In this document: in pieces, positions 8,919 through 15,969 of the stretch
Layout of the letters: each line of letters begins with the position of its first letter
How positions within the stretch are numbered: the first letter of the stretch is position 1
NCBI GenBank assembly: GCA_043811855.1
Contig: JBDRMT010000026.1
Location: 1 to 53,336 of the forward strand
Source of the DNA: an archaeon
GTDB taxonomy: Archaea; Nanobdellota; Nanobdellia; Pacearchaeales; GW2011-AR1
DNA length: 53,336 nt
Direction: 5' to 3'
Translations under genes and position numbers: made by a program
The notes under the pieces: generated by a model
The model's database searches: none
Seen by the model: the letters and a program-made list of their open reading frames with translations, nothing else
What the model was told of the DNA's origin: nothing

Positions 8919-9002
8919 TGCGGGAAAGAGGATTTGAACCCCTGTAGGCACTAAGCCAATACGACCTTAACGTATCCCGTTTGACCACTCCGGCATTCCC
9001 GC
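8919..9002 (-). tRNA. tRNA-Leu (class II, long variable arm); anticodon reads AAG in my manual fold
   Basis: The reverse complement is gcgggaatgccggagtggtcaaacgggatacgttaaggtcgtattggcttagtgcctacaggggttcaaatcctctttcccgca. The anticodon stem is atacg/cgtat with loop ttAAGgt. It is near-identical to the tRNA at 27193-27276 outside the anticodon arm. CCA is not encoded. Confidence 0.8.
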
Positions 9003-9064
9003 ATTTATAAAATTAGTATAAAACAAGCATATTTATAATTTGTCATTAAATTATTCTTAAAAAA

Positions 9065-9313
9065 TTATGTATAAAATATACCATTTAGTAAAGTAGAATT
9101 TATAAATAAAGATAAAATAATAATTCCTAATCCATAAATAGCAATTTTTCGATCTCTATTAAATAATCCTGAAATACAAAATATTATTCCACTCAACACT
9201 ATAATTGCAAAAATAATAATAAAAAAACCTAAATTAAAAATCATTTGTGATAAAGATAAAACTAAAATTATAATTGATATAAAAAATCCTATTCTTGCAA
9301 CTGTAAACCTCAT
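9065..9313 (-). CDS. small membrane protein
   Basis: 82 aa, almost entirely hydrophobic, with about 3 TM segments. Confidence 0.45.
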   Translation of the reverse strand: MRFTVARIGFFISIIILVLSLSQMIFNLGFFIIIFAIIVLSGIIFCISGLFNRDRKIAIYGLGIIILSLFINSTLLNGIFYT

Positions 9314-9334
9314 TTTTTATACTTCCCTCTATTT

Positions 9335-10000
9335 CTACTTAACAGCTTTATCTAATTCTTTTAAGTTATCTTCTAAAACTTCAATAGATTTTAAAAAAAC
9401 ATCTTTAACTTCTAATTGGCCCCATGCTTCAACATTAATTATTAGTTCTTTAGCTTGTTTTATTGATTTTATTTTCTTAATTTGTTCTTCACCTACTCCT
9501 TTAGTTTTTAATTCTTCATCATCATAACTAACCTTTCCATCATTATCAATATAAACAAAATCTAAAACATCTTCATCAATATTATGCTTATAGAAAATTA
9601 AACCAGGTGAATATTTAATATGATCAATTCCCCTTCCTAATCTTGCATCGCAAACCATTTCAACTTCCTGTTCTTTTCCTAAAATAACAATTGGAATTTT
9701 AAGTTCAGTTCCAACATTAGGTTTAATATCTGTTGAATAAACAATTTTAGGTCCCATTTCTTTTAACTTAAATTTAGTTTCTTTAGAACTTTTTTCAGTT
9801 TTTATTGGAATCAATCCCGTTCTATGAGCTAAAATTTCATCATAAAGAGCAGAATCATTTTTTATAATATCTATTTCATCAATTGCCATAACAGGTATTT
9901 CTAAGATGCTTCTCCTAATGGCATTTGCTAAACCTATTTCCATATCTGTAACAAAGCTTAGTTTTTGCTTTTCCTTATCATAATTTTGTAATTTTATCAT
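9335..10000 (-). CDS. rpoD: DNA-directed RNA polymerase subunit D (Rpo3)
   Basis: Motif LANAIRRSILEIPVMAIDEIDIIKNDSALYDEILAHRTGLIP, and its position downstream of S11 in the archaeal operon. Confidence 0.9.
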   Translation of the reverse strand: MIKLQNYDKEKQKLSFVTDMEIGLANAIRRSILEIPVMAIDEIDIIKNDSALYDEILAHRTGLIPIKTEKSSKETKFKLKEMGPKIVYSTDIKPNVGTELKIPIVILGKEQEVEMVCDARLGRGIDHIKYSPGLIFYKHNIDEDVLDFVYIDNDGKVSYDDEELKTKGVGEEQIKKIKSIKQAKELIINVEAWGQLEVKDVFLKSIEVLEDNLKELDKAVK

Positions 10001-10038
10001 TTTAATTATTGTTAATGTTTGTTTTTAAGCTTTATTAT

Positions 10039-10302
10039 TTAGGAGAGAGGAGAAATATCTCTTCTGTATCCTGGTAAAAAACTCTCTAGTAGTATTTGTG
10101 ATCTTCCCATACCCAATTCCTCTCCTGTTCCCAACCCTACAGAAAATGTTGCAGAAAGATTTCTAACTTGATCTTTATCTAGACTATCCGCCCCTAAACA
10201 ATCATATAACAAAGAAAGTCTCTGCCTTACAAAAGGATTTATTTGATGTGGTCCCAATCTTTCTTCCATTATCCTTTGAAATTGTTGATAACTCATTGCC
10301 AT
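10039..10302 (-). CDS. orphan ORF (87 aa from MAMSYQQ) inserted between S11 and RpoD
   Basis: The open frame is very unlike its neighbours, with almost no Lys and many G/L/R/S/Q. The ATG lies 1 nt after the S11 stop codon. No family recognised. Confidence 0.45.
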   Translation of the reverse strand: MAMSYQQFQRIMEERLGPHQINPFVRQRLSLLYDCLGADSLDKDQVRNLSATFSVGLGTGEELGMGRSQILLESFLPGYRRDISPLS

Positions 10303-10303
10303 C

Positions 10304-10840
10304 TTAAACTCTTCTACCTCTTCTACCACCTTTCTTTTTTGGACCTCCCCTAGGAATCCTTGTTTTATCCATTATACTTATTATTTTAAATCCTGCTCTT
10401 GTTAGTGATTTAATTGCAGCATGTGTACCCGGTCCTGGATTATTTTGTCCAGTTGAAGCTCTTACTTTAACATAAAATCCAGTTATCCCATTATCTCTTG
10501 CTTCTTCTGCAATTTTTTGAGAAATAAACATAGCAATTGTAGGATTTGCTTTTAATCTATCTTGTTTTGTTGACTGTCCTCCAGAATATTTAGCAAGACT
10601 TTTTCCAGACATATCTGTTAAATTCATAATAGTATTATTAAATGTAGTATAAATATTTAGAATTCCTATTCTTTCTTTTCTATCTTTTTTCTTTTCTATC
10701 TTTATCTCTTTCTTAACCTCTTGTTTTTCTTCTTTAACCTCTTTTTCAGATTTTGATTCTTTCTTAGTATCTATTTCCTCTGATGAGCTAGGAGTACTTT
10801 CTTCCTTTTCAACTTTCTTTTCTTTAACTTCTTCTGCCAT
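10304..10840 (-). CDS. rps11: 30S ribosomal protein S11 (uS11) with a roughly 55-aa Lys/Glu-rich N-terminal extension
   Basis: The core reads GILNIYTTFNNTIMNLTD...GPGTHAAIKSLTRAGFKI. It is preceded by MAEEVKEKKVEKEE...KKKDRKER. Confidence 0.95.
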   Translation of the reverse strand: MAEEVKEKKVEKEESTPSSSEEIDTKKESKSEKEVKEEKQEVKKEIKIEKKKDRKERIGILNIYTTFNNTIMNLTDMSGKSLAKYSGGQSTKQDRLKANPTIAMFISQKIAEEARDNGITGFYVKVRASTGQNNPGPGTHAAIKSLTRAGFKIISIMDKTRIPRGGPKKKGGRRGRRV

Positions 10841-10842
10841 TC

Positions 10843-11439
10843 TTATTCTTTCTTCTCTCCATTTACTTCTTCAGCTTTATTCTCTTCCTTAGGTTCTTTA
10901 CTTACTTCTGGTTCTTCTTTTACTTTTTGTTTTTCTTCTTCTAATTCTTCTTTAATTTTTTCAACTTTAGTTTTAGGTTTTTTATCTGTTTTTAATGTAA
11001 TATTTAACTTAACCAAACCTTCTTCTTCTAAACTAACTTGATAAGAAGGAATATTTACAATTTGGTCTCCAATTGAAACATGCTTATGAGTTATTAATTG
11101 TCTTGCTTGTTTTGTAGTAGTTGTTAAACCTTTTTTCTTAAGAATTGTTTGTAATCTTCTTTTTAACCAATCTTCTTTATCAAGTGCTAGAGAATCAGCA
11201 ACACTTTTTACTCCAAAACCTTTTTTATGAAGCTTTTCAACAAAAGCATTTTTTTCTTCATCACTTTTAGTAATTAATTCTTTAGCCTGATTTCTAATTC
11301 TTCCAATAGCAGCATCTGCTTTCCAAATTTCTTTTTTATTTTTCAAACCATACTTATCCTTAAGAACATTTTCTGCTTCAATTCTTGCCTTATCAAAAGG
11401 TCTTTGTGGTCTTGAATATTTTTTCTTTTTTCTTATCAT
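10843..11439 (-). CDS. rps4: 30S ribosomal protein S4 (uS4) with a Lys/Glu-rich C-terminal tail
   Basis: MIRKKKKYSRPQRPFDKARIEAE is the canonical archaeal S4 N-terminus, so I prefer the start at 11439 over the track start at 11463. An S4 RNA-binding domain is present (LQTILKKKGLTTTTKQARQLITHKHV). Confidence 0.9.
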   Translation of the reverse strand: MIRKKKKYSRPQRPFDKARIEAENVLKDKYGLKNKKEIWKADAAIGRIRNQAKELITKSDEEKNAFVEKLHKKGFGVKSVADSLALDKEDWLKRRLQTILKKKGLTTTTKQARQLITHKHVSIGDQIVNIPSYQVSLEEEGLVKLNITLKTDKKPKTKVEKIKEELEEEKQKVKEEPEVSKEPKEENKAEEVNGEKKE

Positions 11440-11441
11440 TT

Positions 11442-11651
11442 TTAAAATAAATAACCCATACAATCTTTAATTTGTTCAAGGGCCTTAGGATGCATCTCAA
11501 CATAACTAGAAGTAAGACTAACAGCAGCAACAGATAAAGATGCTGTAGCAACGAGTAATTCTCTCCTTACCATCCTGTTTCCAAATTCGACTTCTTTTTT
11601 TAAGAGTTGATGTAAATTTTCTAATCCCTCCCAATATTCTTTTCTTCCCAT
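11442..11651 (-). CDS. orphan ORF (69 aa) inserted between S13 and S4
   Basis: It fits exactly into the gap: it starts about 2 nt after the end of S13 and ends 3 nt before the S4 ATG. The product MGRKEYWEGLENLHQLL...VATASLSVAAVSLTSSYVEMHPKALEQIKDCMGYLF is predicted helical. No family recognised. Confidence 0.45.
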   Translation of the reverse strand: MGRKEYWEGLENLHQLLKKEVEFGNRMVRRELLVATASLSVAAVSLTSSYVEMHPKALEQIKDCMGYLF

Positions 11652-11652
11652 T

Positions 11653-12147
11653 TTATTTTTTAGCTCCTTTCTTTTTTACTCCAACAACTGCTTTTTTCTT
11701 TCCCTTAGTTCTAAAATTACTTCTAGTTCTTTGTCCACGAGTAGGATGTCCAAAAGCATGCCTCAATCCTCTATAAGACCTTATTTTCTTTAGTCTTCTA
11801 ATATCAAATTCTTTTTTCATATCTAAACTACTTGTAATTAAATGCCTATCTTCTCCACTTTCAAAATCTCTTCTTCTATTAACTAGAAAATCAGGAAGTT
11901 TAGGATTGTTTAAAAAGTCAGTTATTTTTTTAATTTCTTCTTCATTTAATTCATAAACTTTTTTACTTGGATCCATTTTTAAAATCTTACAAATTGCATT
12001 TGAAATACTCCAAGAAACACCTTTAATATAAGTTAAACCTGTTAAAATATTTTTATTTCCTGGAAGGTCTGTTTGTAGAATTCTAACTATAGAAAACTTT
12101 TTATCATCTTTCTTATCTTGCTTTGTTTTTTGTACTGTTTCTTCCAT
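11653..12147 (-). CDS. rps13: 30S ribosomal protein S13 (uS13)
   Basis: Motifs IVRILQTDLPGNK, YRGLRHAFGHPTRGQRTRSNFR. Confidence 0.95.
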   Translation of the reverse strand: MEETVQKTKQDKKDDKKFSIVRILQTDLPGNKNILTGLTYIKGVSWSISNAICKILKMDPSKKVYELNEEEIKKITDFLNNPKLPDFLVNRRRDFESGEDRHLITSSLDMKKEFDIRRLKKIRSYRGLRHAFGHPTRGQRTRSNFRTKGKKKAVVGVKKKGAKK

Positions 12148-12188
12148 ATTAAATAACTAAAATCTTTAATTTTTATCCTTTATTTATG

Positions 12189-12269
12189 TATAGCAAATGA
12201 CTCAATAAATTGAGCAATATAGTTATTTGCTATATTCAAGAAACATAAATTATTCAAATATTTATGTTT
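12189..12269 (-). terminator. two perfect 10-bp-stem hairpins in the DUF655/S13 spacer (possible operon terminator or processing structure)
   Basis: tatagcaaat (12189-12198) pairs with atttgctata (12225-12234), with an inner ctcaat/attgag pair. aaacataaat (12241-12250) pairs with atttatgttt (12260-12269). Confidence 0.3.
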
Positions 12270-12309
12270 GTTGTTATAATTCATTAAATAAATGCTTTTT
12301 TAAACCTTT

Positions 12310-12858
12310 CTAAGAATATCCACTACCTATAAATAAAAAATATTTCTCTTTTCCAGTTATCTCTTCTATTAATCTTTTTTCAATAGCTTTTCTAGGATCA
12401 GGTAGATTTGTAACCCTTTTCTTTAAATCTCCTAGTGATTCAAATAGTTTCTTTCCTCTTTCATTTAAAATAGCAGTAGTATGCTTTTTTCCAAATCCTG
12501 GAAGTAATTCAAATTGGTGTAATCTTGTATTTATAGCTTCTGCATTATTAAAAAAATCAATAAATTTCTTTTCATTTTCAGAAATTTGTTTATCAATAAA
12601 AGATTGCAACTGTTCTTTTGCAGTTTCTGTTAATTTATTTTCAGGAAGTCTTCCAAGAATATAATAAATTTTTTCCCTTTTTCCTTCTCCAATATAAACT
12701 TTTTCATTAACTTCTAGTTTAACCCCTCTTCTAGGAATTAATTGTAGTAATGTAAAATTCTTTATCCCAATAGCCTGAGCTATAGGCATCATTTTATTTT
12801 CTAAAGGATAACCATAAGGGAGGTAATCTAAAATTATTGCATATTCTTCTTTTTCCAT
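12310..12858 (-). CDS. DUF655/COG1491-family putative RNA-binding protein (S1-like plus HhH)
   Basis: Motifs AIILDYLPYGYP...LLQLIPRRGVKLEVNEKVYIG and LHQFELLPGFGKKHTTAILNER. The L21e-RpoF-DUF655 arrangement is a conserved archaeal neighbourhood. Confidence 0.8.
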   Translation of the reverse strand: MEKEEYAIILDYLPYGYPLENKMMPIAQAIGIKNFTLLQLIPRRGVKLEVNEKVYIGEGKREKIYYILGRLPENKLTETAKEQLQSFIDKQISENEKKFIDFFNNAEAINTRLHQFELLPGFGKKHTTAILNERGKKLFESLGDLKKRVTNLPDPRKAIEKRLIEEITGKEKYFLFIGSGYS

Positions 12859-12938
12859 GTTTAAATTTCCTCATTTCATTTCCCTCAAAGGGAAATTTAA
12901 ATATTTGAAAATCTTGATTTTCATTATTGTTATTAACC

Positions 12939-13250
12939 TCACTTTGCAGATTTAACAATCTCAAGTATTTTATTAGATTCATCCTCATTTAAACTAACAT
13001 CTACAAATATTTTACTAAGATCAAATATATCTTCTGGAAGGAGGTCTACAACCTTAACAATATGTTCTCTTTTTATTTTTATTGAATCAAATTTTTCTAA
13101 TTCTTCTTTAATTTTCTTTGCTTGTTCAGGTTTTGTCTTTAAAAATTTCTTTAAAAAAAGATCTATTTCTTGTTTTTTTTCACTATCTGAAATATCTTTG
13201 ATAATTTTTTGAACTTCATTCATGTTTAAGGGGGTTCTGTCTAGTATCAT
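12939..13250 (-). CDS. rpoF: DNA-directed RNA polymerase subunit F (Rpo4)
   Basis: Supported by size, the motif KIKREHIVKVVDLLPED, and its position directly after L21e. Confidence 0.75.
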   Translation of the reverse strand: MILDRTPLNMNEVQKIIKDISDSEKKQEIDLFLKKFLKTKPEQAKKIKEELEKFDSIKIKREHIVKVVDLLPEDIFDLSKIFVDVSLNEDESNKILEIVKSAK

Positions 13251-13256
13251 TTTTAC

Positions 13257-13544
13257 TTATTTTAACTTCTTTAAATGAATAGGATGAATTATATAAGTTT
13301 TTTCCTTTTTTATATCTTTTATTTTTACTAAATATGACCTTCCTCTCTTTCCACTTATAATCCCACTTCTACCTTGTATTTGTTTTGGAAATTTAGGTTG
13401 AACACTAAGTTCTCTTTTTACAGCTACTCTTTCTCCTTCTTTAAACTCTTGAAAGTAGTTACTAAGCTTAATTTTTCCATGTTCTCGCTTAGATTTTCTT
13501 TTTAGCATGTGATTATTTAAGTTTAATTTACTTACCAAACTCAT
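13257..13544 (-). CDS. rpl21e: 50S ribosomal protein L21e (eL21)
   Basis: Motifs KRKSKREHGKIKLSNYFQEFKEGERVAV and GRSGIISGKRGRSYLVKI. Confidence 0.9.
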   Translation of the reverse strand: MSLVSKLNLNNHMLKRKSKREHGKIKLSNYFQEFKEGERVAVKRELSVQPKFPKQIQGRSGIISGKRGRSYLVKIKDIKKEKTYIIHPIHLKKLK

Positions 13545-13621
13545 AGAATTATAGTGTTTTTAAAGGTTGCTATAAATTTATTTTAATAAGGTCAAAAACA
13601 TAGTTTCTGAGGTATCTATAG

Positions 13622-13786
13622 CTAAAACCTTCCTTGCTCTAAATCTCCTCTCCTGCCTGCTTCTTGCATGTTTTGAACAATTGCATGGAACATCTTATCT
13701 CCAAAAGCACCCTTTCCACATCTTTCACAAAAATCTATTAAACTTTCTTCAGAAATGTCACATTTACAGTAGATACATTTTTTCAT
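13622..13786 (-). CDS. small zinc-ribbon-like protein (54 aa), below the ORF-track cutoff
   Basis: Hand translation gives MKKCIYCKCDISEESLIDFCERCGKGAFGDKMFHAIVQNMQEAGRRGDLEQGRF*. It has CxxC...CxxC pairs. Confidence 0.4.
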   Translation of the reverse strand: MKKCIYCKCDISEESLIDFCERCGKGAFGDKMFHAIVQNMQEAGRRGDLEQGRF

Positions 13787-13863
13787 TTTATGGTTTTTCC
13801 TCTTTTTTATTTTTTGATGAAATTAATTAAGAAATTTAGTTTATAAACTTTTATGTTTAAATT

Positions 13864-14739
13864 TTAACTTTCTCTTTTTCTCCTTTTTCTCCAATTTCTA
13901 TAAATAATCCAAATAATTATAAGGACAATAATTAAAATAATAATCCCTGTAATATTACTTTTTTGCATTAAACCTAACTCAACAGCTTTTTTTTCTGTAT
14001 AAACTTTTACTGGAACTTCAAAACTCTCCTCGTATTCTTTATTAAAAACATCTTTAAATTTTAATATTACCGGAAGGTTAAAATTTTCAGAAATATCTTC
14101 CTTAAAAAAAATTTGAAAATCAACACTATCAAAATCATCACTATCTAAATCTCCTACATAAACATTTTTTTGAGAAAGTAAGCTAAATTTTGTTGATTTT
14201 TCAACTTCAACCTCTAAAAACCTAATATCGCTTAAACCTTTGTTAATGATTTTAATAGAAACTTGATTATCTTTACCTTTTAATAAAAGACTATCTTCTA
14301 CACTTACATCAATAATAGGTTCAGAACGAACATCAAGACTTATTAAAGATTCTTTAACACTTTTTTCACTTTTTCCATCTTCAAGATAACTTATCTGAAC
14401 AGGTATTTTATAAGTTTGAGGTTTAGCATTATTTAATGAAACTAATTCAAAGTTTGCATATTTTAATTTACCCTCTCTTATCTCATCAATACCATATTCT
14501 GAGCTTGAATCAAAAGGTGCAAAAGGAATTTCTTTTAAATCTAAAAAAACACTAACATCACTAACATCAGCATCTCCATTATTTCTTAAACCTATTTCAA
14601 TATGAGTAGATTCTCCTGGTTTAATCCCTGAAGAGTCCATTATAACCGAATCAATAACAAGAGCAGAAATACTACTAAGGCTTATTAAAAAAACACATAC
14701 AAATATTAATAGTTTGTTCATAAAAATATTTAGAAACAA
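13864..14739 (-). CDS. secreted surface protein with C-terminal TM anchor (COG1361/CARDB-like beta-sandwich); paralog of 17051-17944
   Basis: It has an N-terminal signal/TM segment. The block VGDLDSDDFDSVDFQIFF is shared with the paralog (VGDLDSDDFESLDFRLKV). The C-terminus is a TM segment followed by a basic tail, RNWRKRRKRES. Confidence 0.6.
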   Translation of the reverse strand: MFLNIFMNKLLIFVCVFLISLSSISALVIDSVIMDSSGIKPGESTHIEIGLRNNGDADVSDVSVFLDLKEIPFAPFDSSSEYGIDEIREGKLKYANFELVSLNNAKPQTYKIPVQISYLEDGKSEKSVKESLISLDVRSEPIIDVSVEDSLLLKGKDNQVSIKIINKGLSDIRFLEVEVEKSTKFSLLSQKNVYVGDLDSDDFDSVDFQIFFKEDISENFNLPVILKFKDVFNKEYEESFEVPVKVYTEKKAVELGLMQKSNITGIIILIIVLIIIWIIYRNWRKRRKRES

Positions 14740-14882
14740 GATTTATAAGGATTGTTAAGATTGTTTATATACTTATTTCAAGATTATCAATAAAACTTAC
14801 CTTCTTATGATTGAATGTATTGTTACTTCTATAAAAATACAACAATAGAAAGATTTTTAAATCAAGGAGTATAAGAAAAAAC

Positions 14883-15659
14883 ATGGAAGAAACAAGTTAC
14901 GGAGAAATTAAAGCAGGAAAACCTGAATTTGAACCAAGAGACTTACTGGTAGTTCCTCATAAAGAAAATCCCTTAGTTGTTAGTAGGTTTGGACTAAATA
15001 ATTATAAAAATAATTTACAACAAATGAAAGGAAAATTTTCTTGTTTGCCAGATTACCCTCAAATAACCTTTAGACCTGCAATTACTTCAGAATCAATTTC
15101 AGCAGTTGCTTATAATTTTAAAAACATAGCTAAACCACAAATTTTTGACCCTAATTTGTTACAAGCAGGATATATAACAAGAACATCAGAAGGAGTTTTT
15201 GCAAATCCTTTTGATGAACAAGGAAATCCATTAACTGATAAAAAAACTCTTAAATTAAAATTAAATGGAGTTAAGCCAATAAAAGTTGGAAAAGGTAATA
15301 TTTATCTCTGTGAAAATGGATTAGCTTTTGCAGAATATGATTCATTTAAGCAAGGAGTTCAGAGTAGTGAAGATTTTTCAAGATCAGGTTTAGCTAGAAT
15401 ATTAGAACATACTGAACAAGAAACAGCTGAAAACCTTGAAGCTATTTCATCACCTAAAAATTATAAATTAGGAGTAAATGTCTTTGGTTTTGAACCTATT
15501 CAAGAGTCTGTTTTAAGGGTTGCTGGCCTTTTCTCTTGTAGGCTTTCTGGTGTTGGTCAGTTGCTTGTTCTTGGTCGCAACTGGAGCGACGGCAACGGCG
15601 GCTTTGCTTTTGGGGTGTTAAATAATACTGGCGAAGCCAGCGCGCAAAATTCTGAGTAA
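14883..15659 (+). CDS. DGR target (variable) protein; VR lies at the C-terminus
   Basis: 258-aa product with no signal peptide or TM segment. The C-terminal stretch ...RVAGLFSCRLSGVGQLLVLGRNWSDGNGGFAFGV is encoded by the VR. Confidence 0.85.
   Translation: MEETSYGEIKAGKPEFEPRDLLVVPHKENPLVVSRFGLNNYKNNLQQMKGKFSCLPDYPQITFRPAITSESISAVAYNFKNIAKPQIFDPNLLQAGYITRTSEGVFANPFDEQGNPLTDKKTLKLKLNGVKPIKVGKGNIYLCENGLAFAEYDSFKQGVQSSEDFSRSGLARILEHTEQETAENLEAISSPKNYKLGVNVFGFEPIQESVLRVAGLFSCRLSGVGQLLVLGRNWSDGNGGFAFGVLNNTGEASAQNSE
15517..15617 (+). repeat. DGR variable region (VR)
   Basis: It aligns without gaps to 15844-15944 over 101 nt. Of 20 mismatches, 18 are at positions where the TR has A. Confidence 0.9.
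15628..15640 (+). promoter_or_regulatory. GC-rich stem-loop just 3' of the VR (candidate DGR target-recognition hairpin)
   Basis: The sequence is ctggc-gaa-gccag (5-bp GC-rich stem, GAA loop) followed by cgcgc. This is conspicuous in an AT-rich genome, and it begins 11 nt after the end of VR homology. Confidence 0.5.
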
Positions 15660-15810
15660 GGTTTATTAATTTTAATTTTTAAGCTATTATGTCTTAGTTT
15701 GGCTTTTAATCATGCTAGGGCCACATGTATTTTACTTATACTCAAAAGAGCATTAAATACAAATGCAACATTAAGTAAACAAATATTTTGTTAAAATATG
15801 AAGCATTGGT

Positions 15811-15830
15811 GATTTTACTTTAAAGTAAAA
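15811..15830 (+). other. perfect 20-nt palindrome 13 nt upstream of the TR
   Basis: attttactttaaagtaaaat is its own reverse complement, giving a 10-bp stem. Confidence 0.5.
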
Positions 15831-15843
15831 TGCTACATAGTCT

Positions 15844-15944
15844 GGGTTGCTGGCCTTAACTCTAATAGGCTTTCTGATGGTGATCAGTTGAATGTTAATG
15901 GCCACAACTGGAGCGACAACAACAACGGCTATGCTTTTGGAATG
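15844..15944 (+). repeat. DGR template region (TR), non-coding
   Basis: It has 26 adenines, concentrated in AAY-type triplets when read in the VR frame (LNSNRLSDGDQLNVNGHNWSDNNNGYAFGM). It lies 25 nt upstream of the RT start codon. Confidence 0.9.
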
Positions 15945-15969
15945 GCTCTAGCAACTAAGATTTATTAAT

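Noticed and set aside
11440-11463. Upstream extension of S4 (MYGLFILK...) as given in the ORF track.
   Set aside because: The canonical archaeal uS4 N-terminus MIRKKKKYSRPQRPF starts at 11439. The extension would overlap the orphan ORF 11442-11651.
12794-12988. 64-codon ORF spanning the RpoF/DUF655 junction.
   Set aside because: It overlaps the ends of two well-supported genes and an intergenic hairpin (12878-12896). No motif is recognised, so it is probably spurious.
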